The translations under genes were made by a program, and so were the position numbers. A DNA stretch of 63,349 nucleotides from a virus. Taxonomy: Duplodnaviria; Caudoviricetes. The DNA lies in the IMG/VR virus record IMGVR_UViG_3300020129_000380, positions 1 to 63,349 of that record. The stretch is one strand, 5' to 3'. Under the pieces are notes generated by a model. It had not been told where the DNA came from. It made no database searches and saw only the letters and a program-made list of their open reading frames with translations. Positions 19,925 to 29,493 of this stretch are shown piece after piece (position 1 is the first letter of the stretch; the number at the start of each line of letters is the position of its first letter).

Positions 19925-20319
19925 AAAGACTTCTTTTTGTCCTCATTTTCACCTCTTTCCCCGCCTTTGCGGACGTAAACAGCTATATCGACCCCCGCCA
20001 GCAACTTACGGCTACTTTTGCTTCCGGCGCCACCACCGCAACGGAACTCGACCTCGGCGGCACAATGATCGTCGGAATCCAGCTCCCCGCCACTTTCACC
20101 GGCACCGCCTTAACCTTTTCAGCGGCCACTACTTCAGGAGGGACATCCCAGCTCGTAAAGGATGGCGCCGGCAACTCGATAAGCAAGACCGTCGCCCAGG
20201 GACAATACATCGCCATTGATCCTACCCTCTTCAAGGGTATCCGCTTCGTCAAAATTATTAGCGGTTCAACGGAAGCCGCCGCCCGTACCGCAACCGTCAT
20301 CACCATCCCCGCACAATGA
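19921..20319 (+). CDS. Secreted virion-decoration-like protein
   Basis: Signal MKRLLFVLIFTSFPAFA; LDLGG..IVGIQLPATFTGTALTF...RFVKI beta-sandwich reminiscent of phage head-module proteins. Confidence 0.7.
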   Translation: MKRLLFVLIFTSFPAFADVNSYIDPRQQLTATFASGATTATELDLGGTMIVGIQLPATFTGTALTFSAATTSGGTSQLVKDGAGNSISKTVAQGQYIAIDPTLFKGIRFVKIISGSTEAAARTATVITIPAQ

Positions 20320-20326
20320 GGACATC

Positions 20327-20542
20327 ATGAAACCGCACAAAATCCTAAAGACGTTCAAAGGCACCCAAACCGGCCATGGGGACGGGGAGACTTTTGAAGA
20401 AGGTACCGTCCGCGACCTTTCCAAACATCTTGCTGAAGTGGTTGTCCCCGCCGGCTTCGCAGAACCCGTCATAGAAGCCCGCGAAACCAAGGTAGTTGAG
20501 GTTCAGGAAACCAAGCCCGCGAAAGCCCCGCGTAAGAAGTAA
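20327..20542 (+). CDS. Small head-module protein
   Basis: GAGG RBS; Lys-rich tail; typical position before head-tail adaptor. Confidence 0.6.
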   Translation: MKPHKILKTFKGTQTGHGDGETFEEGTVRDLSKHLAEVVVPAGFAEPVIEARETKVVEVQETKPAKAPRKK

Positions 20543-21181
20543 ATGCGCCAATCCTACACCCTTTCCGCCGCTCCTACCACGGAGCCGGTCACACTCGCGG
20601 AAGCGAAATCATGGGCGAAGATTGACGCAGACGATGATGATTCCCTCGTTCAACAATTGATAACCGCCGCAAGGAACTCCGCCGAAGAGTATATGAGGCG
20701 GTCTCTTATCACCCAGACATGGAAGCTCACGCTCGACCGCACCCCGAACAGCCTTTATAACGCTCTTGGCTCAGGGGTTTTCGATATGCCCCTTTCCGCC
20801 CTCTATGACGGGATTTCAAACTGCATCGAACTCCCGCGAGGTCCGGTTCAATCGGTCACGTCGATAACGACTTATGATACTACGAACACCGGAACGGTTT
20901 TCGATAGCTCAAATTACTTCGTCGATCTCGCCGGATGGAGAGTTACACTTAATTCCGGCTGCACCTGGCCGACAAGCGTACGCCTAACGGCAGCCGTTGA
21001 GGTTCTTTACGTCACCGGATATGGCGCAAGTGCCTCTTCCGTCCCGCAGCCGATTAAAACCGGCATTTTGATTCATATCGCTTCGATGTACGAACAAAGA
21101 GGCCAGACGGATGATGCCATGGATATTCCACCGGGTGCGAAACAACTCTACAACCAATTCCGCGTCATGGGCAAACGGTGA
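20543..21181 (+). CDS. Head-tail connector (gp6/phiE125 gp8-like)
   Basis: EPVTLAEAK...LITAAR...SLITQTW...VPQPIKTGIL..IASMYEQR. Confidence 0.9.
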   Translation: MRQSYTLSAAPTTEPVTLAEAKSWAKIDADDDDSLVQQLITAARNSAEEYMRRSLITQTWKLTLDRTPNSLYNALGSGVFDMPLSALYDGISNCIELPRGPVQSVTSITTYDTTNTGTVFDSSNYFVDLAGWRVTLNSGCTWPTSVRLTAAVEVLYVTGYGASASSVPQPIKTGILIHIASMYEQRGQTDDAMDIPPGAKQLYNQFRVMGKR

Positions 21182-21600
21182 AGTACGTCCGTAATGTCAC
21201 ATTATTCCGGGATAGGCTCACTATCCAGAATAGTTATCTCGACTCTGACGGACAAGGAGGCTCGACCGAAACCTGGGTTGATGGGTCTACTATCTGGGCG
21301 AATATCCAGCCCATGAAAGCCTACGAAAAGTTACAGGCGATGCAAATGCAGACGCCCGTAAGCCACAAGATAACCGTCCGCTATACCACCGAGCTTAATC
21401 CGTCCAGCCGCTTGGTCTCAGGAACCCGGACATTCTGGGTTAAGGAAATAATCAACGACGATGAACGCGGGCGGTTTTTAATCCTCAAAGCTATCGAGCG
21501 CGTGACACCGCCCCAGCTCATCGCCGAAGACGCAGCTTTGGCTGAGGACAGCTCACTTATTCTGCTCGAAGATTCAAAAACTATGTTCATGGAAAGCTAA
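21178..21600 (+). CDS. Head closure protein (SPP1 gp16-like) with C-terminal LLED extension
   Basis: DGQGG..ETW...IWANIQP...HKITVRY. Confidence 0.85.
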   Translation: MKYVRNVTLFRDRLTIQNSYLDSDGQGGSTETWVDGSTIWANIQPMKAYEKLQAMQMQTPVSHKITVRYTTELNPSSRLVSGTRTFWVKEIINDDERGRFLILKAIERVTPPQLIAEDAALAEDSSLILLEDSKTMFMES

Positions 21601-21601
21601 T

Positions 21602-22954
21602 ATGGGCGAGAAAGTCAGCGAGCTAGATGCCGTAACCGAAGTAACGGGTGATGATATCCTTTACCTCATCCAGGATGGCGATAGCAAAAAAGCCACCGTC
21701 GATCAGGTTCTCGCCGTCGCTCCGCCTGCTTACAAACCTCAGATCGTCACCACAAGGAACAACCTCCTTAACGCACTCCGTCAAGGCACCGATGATGCCC
21801 GGAACGATATAAGAGTCCAAAACCGCCAGAAATATTATGTCGGTTCACAAGCTGTTTCCCAACTTCAAGTAGGGCAATGCGGGTTTTACCTAAAAAACGA
21901 CAGCACTGCCGAACACGTCCTACCCAATGATTACACATGGGAAGCGGCAATAGAAAGTATTACTCCGTCAACCTATCAGCAAGCCTTCGCCCAAGGGATT
22001 AAGCTACCAGTGATACAAGGCAGTGCCGGCATCCCCCTGGTGCTCAGCGACCCGATTGGGCTGGATCTCGCCGCCGGATCATCGTTTTGGTTGCGTCAAT
22101 CCATCCTGGTTTCCACGAGCAGCCAATATATTCCCGGAAGCACCCACCTCGCCGGGGCTACCGATACCGGCTGGATTTCCCCCGCCGCCACTTCCCAAGT
22201 CCCCGGAACCGGAGATATGACCCTTCCCGCTTCGGGAGCTGGATTCGGCGGGCCGCAAGCGATTATCCTTGGGATTCCAGCCGCCCCGATGGCCTCGGTA
22301 TGCTTCGTAGGGGACAGCATTGCTGACGGTACTTACGACGTGGCGGACGCCACCGGTAATTACGGCTTCTTCGCCCGCGGCCTTAGCAGTGTTAACGGGT
22401 ATCCCGTCCCGTACATAAGCCAAACCATCGGCGGAGACCAGTTCGCCGTCAATACTTATGCCTACGCTCCCAGAAAGAGGGTTTTCTGGCCGTATGTCAC
22501 GCATCTCGTCATTTCGCTTGGCACAAACGACATTTTCTCGAACAACGCCAGTCTTTCAACGCTGCAAACCTATGTAACGGACATGCTAACCGCAGCCAAA
22601 AGGACTATCGGTCCGTATGGGAAACCCCTCCAAACCGCCGTTGTAACCCTGTTCCCGAGGACAAATTCAACCGATTCATGGGCTACGGCCGCGAACCAGA
22701 CAACCCAAACGCACATGGACGTGGGCGGAGTAAGGACAACGTACAACGCATGGCTTGCTTCCATTGCTGGGGGTGATTTACTCGACGCTGTAATCGACGT
22801 GAATACTTACGTCGAAGACCCCTCAAACCCCGGAAAGTGGCTCACCAACGGAACTGCGAATTACCCAACGCCCGACGGCACCCATCCCGCTAGCGCTTTA
22901 CACATTCTGGCTGCCCAGGCCGTCCATAACTGGGCTTTAACCATCACGCCATAG
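21602..22954 (+). CDS. SGNH/GDSL hydrolase, putative virion spike
   Basis: VGDSIADG, LGTNDI, DGTHP motifs; N-terminal KVSEL...KKATV adaptor. Confidence 0.85.
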   Translation: MGEKVSELDAVTEVTGDDILYLIQDGDSKKATVDQVLAVAPPAYKPQIVTTRNNLLNALRQGTDDARNDIRVQNRQKYYVGSQAVSQLQVGQCGFYLKNDSTAEHVLPNDYTWEAAIESITPSTYQQAFAQGIKLPVIQGSAGIPLVLSDPIGLDLAAGSSFWLRQSILVSTSSQYIPGSTHLAGATDTGWISPAATSQVPGTGDMTLPASGAGFGGPQAIILGIPAAPMASVCFVGDSIADGTYDVADATGNYGFFARGLSSVNGYPVPYISQTIGGDQFAVNTYAYAPRKRVFWPYVTHLVISLGTNDIFSNNASLSTLQTYVTDMLTAAKRTIGPYGKPLQTAVVTLFPRTNSTDSWATAANQTTQTHMDVGGVRTTYNAWLASIAGGDLLDAVIDVNTYVEDPSNPGKWLTNGTANYPTPDGTHPASALHILAAQAVHNWALTITP

Positions 22955-22961
22955 GATATTT

Positions 22962-23312
22962 ATGACCGTCTACGCTCGATACAACACCACGACTGGCATC
23001 ATTGATAGCGTCAATAGCCAGCCCATCACCAATGCCGACCAACTTGCCGCCCTCGCCCAACTCAATCAGGCATTCATTGAGGCTCCCGATGGCACTTATG
23101 GCCATAACGCGATGGTCAATCTCGATACTCTCACCGTTGTGCCGATAACTCCCTCGCCTCCGATCCCTGACTTATTCACTCAATACGTCGCCGCCCAGAT
23201 CAACTCCGGTAAGGTTCCCGCCGATGCTTTTCATCCGGTCTCTTTAACGCAAATGAATCTGTCATTAGCATCCGCTCAGCTGGCCATGGTATCTCTTACT
23301 CCGAAGGTCTAA
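22962..23312 (+). CDS. Hypothetical protein (fibre cluster)
   Basis: AGGA RBS, in operon. Confidence 0.55.
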   Translation: MTVYARYNTTTGIIDSVNSQPITNADQLAALAQLNQAFIEAPDGTYGHNAMVNLDTLTVVPITPSPPIPDLFTQYVAAQINSGKVPADAFHPVSLTQMNLSLASAQLAMVSLTPKV

Positions 23313-23315
23313 GCA

Positions 23316-24431
23316 GTGACCGCGGCACTTTCGGCGGTCGGCGTACAATATGTTAGCATAACGATAGCCGCCGGCAGTACATCCAACACCGCTACAATTA
23401 CCGCTGTTGGCACTGGCGGATTCATCATCTTGATGGGGCAATCCTGCTCCGGCAGCCAAACCTCCGAAACAAAAGGTTTGGCAAGGGTTGAGCTAACCAA
23501 CACGACAACTGTCACTGCTAATCGAAATACCTCCGACGCCTCCTTAACGCTCACCGTAAAAGCCTGCGTTGTTGATGGCGACACGACGAACCTTATTAAA
23601 TCCGTGCAGTCTGGCACGATTGCCCTCTCCACCGTCCAGACGAGCAACACCGCCAGCATCAGTGCTGTAACCAACAATAACACCGCCACGGTCATCCTAG
23701 GCTTCACCATGGGTGGTGATTTGACCGACCAACTTCAGGCTATGCAATGCCGATTAAGTCTTGCAACGACAACCGTCACCGCCACCCGAAACTCTGCACA
23801 ATCAACGGCAATGACCGTGGGCTTCCAGTGCATCGAGTTTCAGGGCGCCGCACTTAATTCCGCCGTCCAGAATATATCCAAAACATGGACGACGGGTACA
23901 TCCGCAACCAGTACGATCACCAGCGTAACGGCAGCTAACAGCTGGCTGGCGAATGCAGGGAATACCTCAAATACCAGCACTTCTGTTAACGCTTTTATAC
24001 CAAACAAGAAGATTACCAACGCCACCACCGTCACTTTCGCTACGAATGCCGACCCCGGCGGCGGGACGAATATTAGCAATTGTACGGTAGTTGAGTTTGT
24101 CGCTGGCGTCCTGACAGCCAATGCTGTCCAGCGCGGAACGGTGTCCTTATCAGCCGCCTCCAGTGGGACATTGACCATTACCAGCGTCACGCAGGCTCAG
24201 GCGATGACCAATTGGCTTAATAACACCACAAGCACAACGAACGTCAACAACGAAACCAGCTTTTACCAATCCGCCTTTACCAACGCCACCACGATCACTG
24301 TAAGTGATACGGCAAGCGTTACTGGTATCGGCTCTATTGAGGTCATTGAATTTAACCCGGTGGCGGCAGGGGGTACGTTTAATCCCGGCTGGGCATATGG
24401 AGCAACTAGAATTATTGGGGGTGTGTTTTAA
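23316..24431 (+). CDS. Thr-rich repetitive fibre/lectin-like protein
   Basis: Repeated units with VQSG/VQRG...VVEF/CIEF motifs. Confidence 0.65.
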   Translation: MTAALSAVGVQYVSITIAAGSTSNTATITAVGTGGFIILMGQSCSGSQTSETKGLARVELTNTTTVTANRNTSDASLTLTVKACVVDGDTTNLIKSVQSGTIALSTVQTSNTASISAVTNNNTATVILGFTMGGDLTDQLQAMQCRLSLATTTVTATRNSAQSTAMTVGFQCIEFQGAALNSAVQNISKTWTTGTSATSTITSVTAANSWLANAGNTSNTSTSVNAFIPNKKITNATTVTFATNADPGGGTNISNCTVVEFVAGVLTANAVQRGTVSLSAASSGTLTITSVTQAQAMTNWLNNTTSTTNVNNETSFYQSAFTNATTITVSDTASVTGIGSIEVIEFNPVAAGGTFNPGWAYGATRIIGGVF

Positions 24432-27400
24432 TGTTTCGTAAAAATACCGCCTCGCAATTCATTCATTTTCAGGGTGTTGATGCGACGACCGGCGGCATTA
24501 AAAGCGGCGTTACATGGACAGCCAGGCGTTGTATTGACGGCACCTTTGCAGCGGCGGGCGGTACTGCTACTGAAGACGGTACAACGGGCTGGTATAAATT
24601 CGCCATGACCCAGGCCGACACGAACGGCAATAACATAGGCTTCAATTTTACCGGCACTGGCGCGATACCGCAGACCGTAAATATTATTACTACGGCGGCT
24701 GATCCTACGGATTCAGTACGCTTAGGGCTAACCGCGCTCGCTAATGCAAGTGCTGGTGCATCAGGCGGACTTTTAATATCTGGCTCAAATTCCGGCACAA
24801 CGACGCTTGCGGCTTTGACAGTAACAGGTACGACCACCCTCTCTGATGGCTTGGTGGTAAATCGCAGTACATCGAATGCCGACGCAGTGGCGTTTACCGG
24901 ATCAGGTTCAGGTAACGGCATGACTATCGCGGGTGGGGCAGGTGCCACTACGACCGCAGGCGGTATCGGCGTCAAAATCACCGGAGGTACTGGAGGCACC
25001 ACAGGCGCTTCTGCCGCGGGAATGAGTATTGTCGGCGGCGCAGCGGGATCAACATCCGGTAATGCTTCACCCGGCATCACCACCACCGGAGGTGCAGCAG
25101 CAGCCGGAACAGGCGCCGGTGCTGAAGCTATCAAGGCCACGGGCGGGGCTGCATCGACCACAGCCGCCGGAGGAAATGCCGTCACCGTTACAGGTGGTGT
25201 TGCGGCAACGGGCTTTGCCGGCGGCAAAGGCATCGCAATCACCGGAGGGGCGGCTTCGACCACGGGTGCAGGCGGGGCTGGCGTCACAATAAACGGGGCT
25301 GACGGCGGCACTACAGGCGCAGGCCAAAACGCTATTACGATCACTGGTGGGGCTTCGGGTACAACGTCCGGTGCGGCAGGGCATGGTGTTTCCGTCACCG
25401 CAGGGGCGGCAACCGCAGGCTCAGGTGCAGCGGGAGCCGGATATAACATCGCCGGGGGTGCCGCCACATCGACCGGAGTAGCCGGGATAGGTTTCAAAGT
25501 CACAGGCGGAGCCGGGGCAGCCTCTACCAATGGGGCAGAATCCGCCGTAACTTTCACCGGAGGTGGTACTAATACCGTCGCCAGCAACGCATATGGCCTC
25601 CTCGCGACCGGTGCTAGTACGGGTGATGGCGGAAGATTCTCATCCGGAACCGGTGCGACCGGCACTGGCCTAGTCGCAATCGCAGGCTCGACCAACGGCA
25701 ACGGCATGAGCTGCGTCGGCACAGGCACCGCCCCAGGCATAAGGACGGCGGGCGGTTCAACCGGTCACGGCATACGTGCTATCGGCGGGGCCTCTTCCGG
25801 CCACGGCCTGCAATGCGAAGCCACGGCTGGTTCAGGCGTAAACGCCGCTGGCGGGGGAACGACCCAAGCCGGGATCACGGCAACAGGCGGTGCAACGACT
25901 TCAGCCGGGCTGTCACTCATCGGTGGCGGAACTTCCGGTGCCGGCCTCCTCGTTCGCACCACATCCGGCCATGGCGTCGATATTGCAGCAACCGGCACGT
26001 CCATGCACGGCATTACTACCACTGGAGGCAACGGCGGCACCTCGGATGGCTTTAAGTGCGTTGCGGGAACCGGTGGCGTGGATATACGCGCCAACCGTAC
26101 CGGAAACCTAACGGGAACGGTCGATACCGTCACAACTACGACCACCGCCACCAATTTAACGAACGCCCCTACCAATGGCGATCTCACTTCCACCATGAAA
26201 ACCTCGGTTACGACAGCTTGTACAGCTTCCACCCCCACGGTGACAACGGGAACTATCTCAGCAAATGCCATAAACGCCGCGTCGATAAACGCCGACACAG
26301 GGCTAATCATCCGTGCGAATACTGCCACTAATTCAGCTGCCAGCACCTTAACCCTTGACGGAAGTGCCTCTGCCACTGCGGATTATTACAAAGATTGCTG
26401 GCTCGTAATCACTTCGGGAACCGGTGTTGGCCAAGCCCGCAGAATATCCACCTACTCAACGGGCAGAGTGGCCACGGTGTCCCCCGCATGGGCGACCACT
26501 CCCGCAACGAACTGCACCTTCGCTGTTCTCCCGGCTGGCAGGGTTGATGTTGATGCCATCCTCGGCACTGCATCCCCGGCCGCCGCTGGTTACGTTGCCC
26601 CAGATTGGAACGCCATAAACGCCCCGACAACCACGGTTAACCTGAGCGGCACCACGATTAAAACCGCCACTGACATCGCAACAGCGACAACCAGTATTCA
26701 GGCCGATACCGACGACATTCAAAGCAGGCTCCCCGCAGCCCTTGGCGCAAATGGTAATATCAAGGCCGACATTCGGGACTTCAATGGCACCGCAGGCACA
26801 TTCTCCGCAGGCCGCCCGGAAGTAAATACCACCCACTGGAAGGGAACCGCTGCGGCAACCGTTGACACGGCGGGATACCCCGTCGTCACCGTCAAAGACG
26901 GTACTGGCCAGGGTGAAATCGCCACCACATCAGGTGCCATTGATACGGTAGCCGCTGTCACCACCGTCAACGGCCTCGCTGCGAACGTGATTACCGCCGC
27001 TGCCACAGCAACAGATTTTGGCACCGAAATAGCAAACGCCATTTGGGACACCGACGCCACCGGCCACCAAACGCAAGGAACCTTTGGGCAAGCCATAGGC
27101 GACCCCGGCGCCGATACCGACACTATCTGGGGGCTTACCAACACGAATCTTGATGCCGCTGTTTCCTCCCGCATGGCCACCTATACGCAACCCACCGGAT
27201 TCCTTTCCGCAACGTTTCCTTCCGGCACGATAGCAAATACTACGAACGTCACATCCGCATCAGGGGTGACTCTGACCTCCGCTTACGATCCGGCCAAAAC
27301 CGCAGCACAGGCTGGGGATGCTATGAGTATTTCCACCACCGGACTCGCCCGCATGTTCACACAAGATAGCGGAACAACTTACACTTCTGCCGTGGCCGGT

Positions 27401-27673
27401 TCTGTCGTGAGTGAAATAGCGGCAAATGCCGGGGGATCTGGCTTAACCGCTAATGGAATAGCCGACGCACTTCTCGACCGCACCGATGGCGTGGAAACCG
27501 GTCGCACCGTCCGCCAGATACTCAGGGGCATGGCTTCTGCGTTACTTGGCAAGGTCTCAGGCGGAGGAACAGGAACCGAAACCTTCCGCGACACAAACGA
27601 CTCCAAAAACCGAATTGTGGCCGTTGATGACTCAAGCGGTAACAGGACATCCATTACTCTGGACTTAACCTAA
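24431..27673 (+). CDS. Large Gly/Thr/Ala-rich fibre protein
   Basis: 1080 aa; ~20-aa TGGA repeats, DYYKDCWLVITSGTGVGQARRI domain, C-terminal TFRDTNDSKNRI motif. Confidence 0.75.
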   Translation: MFRKNTASQFIHFQGVDATTGGIKSGVTWTARRCIDGTFAAAGGTATEDGTTGWYKFAMTQADTNGNNIGFNFTGTGAIPQTVNIITTAADPTDSVRLGLTALANASAGASGGLLISGSNSGTTTLAALTVTGTTTLSDGLVVNRSTSNADAVAFTGSGSGNGMTIAGGAGATTTAGGIGVKITGGTGGTTGASAAGMSIVGGAAGSTSGNASPGITTTGGAAAAGTGAGAEAIKATGGAASTTAAGGNAVTVTGGVAATGFAGGKGIAITGGAASTTGAGGAGVTINGADGGTTGAGQNAITITGGASGTTSGAAGHGVSVTAGAATAGSGAAGAGYNIAGGAATSTGVAGIGFKVTGGAGAASTNGAESAVTFTGGGTNTVASNAYGLLATGASTGDGGRFSSGTGATGTGLVAIAGSTNGNGMSCVGTGTAPGIRTAGGSTGHGIRAIGGASSGHGLQCEATAGSGVNAAGGGTTQAGITATGGATTSAGLSLIGGGTSGAGLLVRTTSGHGVDIAATGTSMHGITTTGGNGGTSDGFKCVAGTGGVDIRANRTGNLTGTVDTVTTTTTATNLTNAPTNGDLTSTMKTSVTTACTASTPTVTTGTISANAINAASINADTGLIIRANTATNSAASTLTLDGSASATADYYKDCWLVITSGTGVGQARRISTYSTGRVATVSPAWATTPATNCTFAVLPAGRVDVDAILGTASPAAAGYVAPDWNAINAPTTTVNLSGTTIKTATDIATATTSIQADTDDIQSRLPAALGANGNIKADIRDFNGTAGTFSAGRPEVNTTHWKGTAAATVDTAGYPVVTVKDGTGQGEIATTSGAIDTVAAVTTVNGLAANVITAAATATDFGTEIANAIWDTDATGHQTQGTFGQAIGDPGADTDTIWGLTNTNLDAAVSSRMATYTQPTGFLSATFPSGTIANTTNVTSASGVTLTSAYDPAKTAAQAGDAMSISTTGLARMFTQDSGTTYTSAVAGSVVSEIAANAGGSGLTANGIADALLDRTDGVETGRTVRQILRGMASALLGKVSGGGTGTETFRDTNDSKNRIVAVDDSSGNRTSITLDLT

Positions 27674-27912
27674 TGTTCCGCAGTTTTTATTTTGCATCGC
27701 GTTATTTCCTTGCAAAATATTTCGGAAGCCAAACCCTAACCCCGTCCGGCCTTAATGTCTTCATCATCCCCGCAGATGACCGGGGACTAGCCGTAGATGC
27801 CGACCCACGACTCTTTACGCTCCAATCCGAAGACCGCACCTCACTTCTTCCCGCTGATACTCGGGATGAACCTGTTTCAGATGACAACCGCACACTCAGC
27901 ATCGCACCATGA
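27673..27912 (+). CDS. Hypothetical fibre-associated protein
   Basis: MF...YFASRYF...YF motif typical after such fibre genes. Confidence 0.55.
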   Translation: MFRSFYFASRYFLAKYFGSQTLTPSGLNVFIIPADDRGLAVDADPRLFTLQSEDRTSLLPADTRDEPVSDDNRTLSIAP

Positions 27913-28181
27913 CCATTTACAGCAAAGATTTTACAAAAGACCCAAACGCCATCAAGGATTACACCCTTGATTGGAGCGAATGGTTAGACGACGACACCAT
28001 CAGCACGTCTTCATGGTCTGTTCCCACGGGCATCACCAAAGTCACCGACAGCACGACTTCTACCACAACCATTATTTGGCTTTCCAGCGGCACGCAGGGT
28101 TCTGATTACGAACTGTTCAACACGATTACCACTGCCGGTGGCCGCACCGAAAGAGCCTTGCTTAAAATACAGATCCGGTAA
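27909..28181 (+). CDS. Fibre/tail adaptor protein
   Basis: KDPNAIKDYTLDWSEWL...IWLSSGT...GRTER. Confidence 0.7.
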   Translation: MTIYSKDFTKDPNAIKDYTLDWSEWLDDDTISTSSWSVPTGITKVTDSTTSTTTIIWLSSGTQGSDYELFNTITTAGGRTERALLKIQIR

Positions 28182-28627
28182 TGGAGTTCTCCGTCAAAAT
28201 AGAAGGCTTGGAAGCCCTCGCAGCCACAAACCAGCGTATCCGCCAGGCCGTAGCCGACGAAATCAATAAAGCCCTTTTCGCCTCTGCTCAACGAGTCAGA
28301 ACAGAAGCCGTCAAATCCATTCAGGACGGGAATAAATCAGGCCGTTGGTACAAACGCCGCTCCGTCTCACATCACGCTTCAGCCCCCGGTGAAGCTCCCG
28401 CGAGTGACACCGGGCGCCTTGTAAACAGCATCACCGCTTATCCGGCAAGCAACGGAGAATCCATGACCGTAGCCGGACGCGGAACAGCTAAATACGCCCC
28501 GCTTCTTGAATTCGGCACCTCTCGTATTGCCCCACGCCCTTTCATGCTCCCCGCCCTTGAAAAGAGCAAAGCATGGATAGCCGCACGCCTTCAGGACGCC
28601 ATGCGTCGGGGCATTGAAAAGAAATGA
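28181..28627 (+). CDS. HK97 gp10-like tail completion protein
   Basis: ASAPGEAPASDTGRLVNSI...LEFGT..IAPRPFMLPA. Confidence 0.9.
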   Translation: MEFSVKIEGLEALAATNQRIRQAVADEINKALFASAQRVRTEAVKSIQDGNKSGRWYKRRSVSHHASAPGEAPASDTGRLVNSITAYPASNGESMTVAGRGTAKYAPLLEFGTSRIAPRPFMLPALEKSKAWIAARLQDAMRRGIEKK

Positions 28628-29052
28628 CGACCCCGAGCAACGCCCTTCAAGCCGCGATTTATCAGGCTTTGCGGGGCAATTCTACGCTCTCCACTTTGCT
28701 GGGGGCCAACACCAAGATATTCGATTTCGTGCCCGAAGCCGCAACCCCTCCTTTCGTTGTCATCGGGGATGACACCGCTACCGATTGGGGAACGAAAACC
28801 AACAACGGATGGGACGCCACCATCACGATTCACTGTTGGGACTTTGAAGCCGCCGGACGGAAGTCGGTCAAAAGCATACTGAGTGCTATTTACGCCGCTC
28901 TCAACCGTCAGGAAGACGCAATAACCATCTCCGGCTTCACGCTCGTCATGCTTCAATTCGACTTTGAAACCACCCAGAAAGACCCCATCGATCCGCAAGG
29001 CGACCGCTGCTACCACGGCATCCAGAGATACCGTGCCTTAATTCAAGATTAA
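28624..29052 (+). CDS. Tail terminator (DUF3168)
   Basis: LQAAIYQAL...IFDFVP...PFVVIG...HGIQRYRA. Confidence 0.85.
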   Translation: MTTPSNALQAAIYQALRGNSTLSTLLGANTKIFDFVPEAATPPFVVIGDDTATDWGTKTNNGWDATITIHCWDFEAAGRKSVKSILSAIYAALNRQEDAITISGFTLVMLQFDFETTQKDPIDPQGDRCYHGIQRYRALIQD

Positions 29053-29079
29053 TCAAATAGCCAAGGAGGGCTAAATACT

Positions 29080-29484
29080 ATGGCTGCACAAAAAGGAATT
29101 TCATTCCTGCTAAAACTCGGCGCCGCTGGTGTCGGTGGCACTCTCGCTGCTATGAGAGCGACATCATACAAGCTCGGCATAGAAATGGTGGAAATCACCA
29201 ATAAGGACTCTGCTTCTTTCCGCACGCTCTTGGAAGGTGCCGGCACTAAATCACTGAGCATCAGCGTCAGCGGGCTTGCTTCTACTGACGCTACATTCGA
29301 GACATTCAAAGGACTCGCCCAGGCCGCTTCGCTCAATACTTATCAGCTTGTTGAGCCGGATGGTGATACCATCGAAGCGAGCTTCCTCATTACGAACTTT
29401 GAAGCTTCCGGTGAATATAACAAGGAATTCACCTTCACCGCGACGCTCGAATCGTCCGGCACCCTCACCTTCAGCAATACATAA
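29080..29484 (+). CDS. Major tail tube protein (TP901-1/GTA-like)
   Basis: MAAQKG..FLLK...VEITNKDS..FRTLLEGAG...TLESSG. Confidence 0.9.
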   Translation: MAAQKGISFLLKLGAAGVGGTLAAMRATSYKLGIEMVEITNKDSASFRTLLEGAGTKSLSISVSGLASTDATFETFKGLAQAASLNTYQLVEPDGDTIEASFLITNFEASGEYNKEFTFTATLESSGTLTFSNT

Positions 29485-29493
29485 GGATCATTT

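Noticed and set aside
24469-26376. Long antisense ORFs (423 aa and 203 aa) opposite the fibre gene
   Set aside because: Expected shadow of Gly/Ala/Thr codons lacking antisense stops; Pro/Val/Ala-rich with no recognisable motifs
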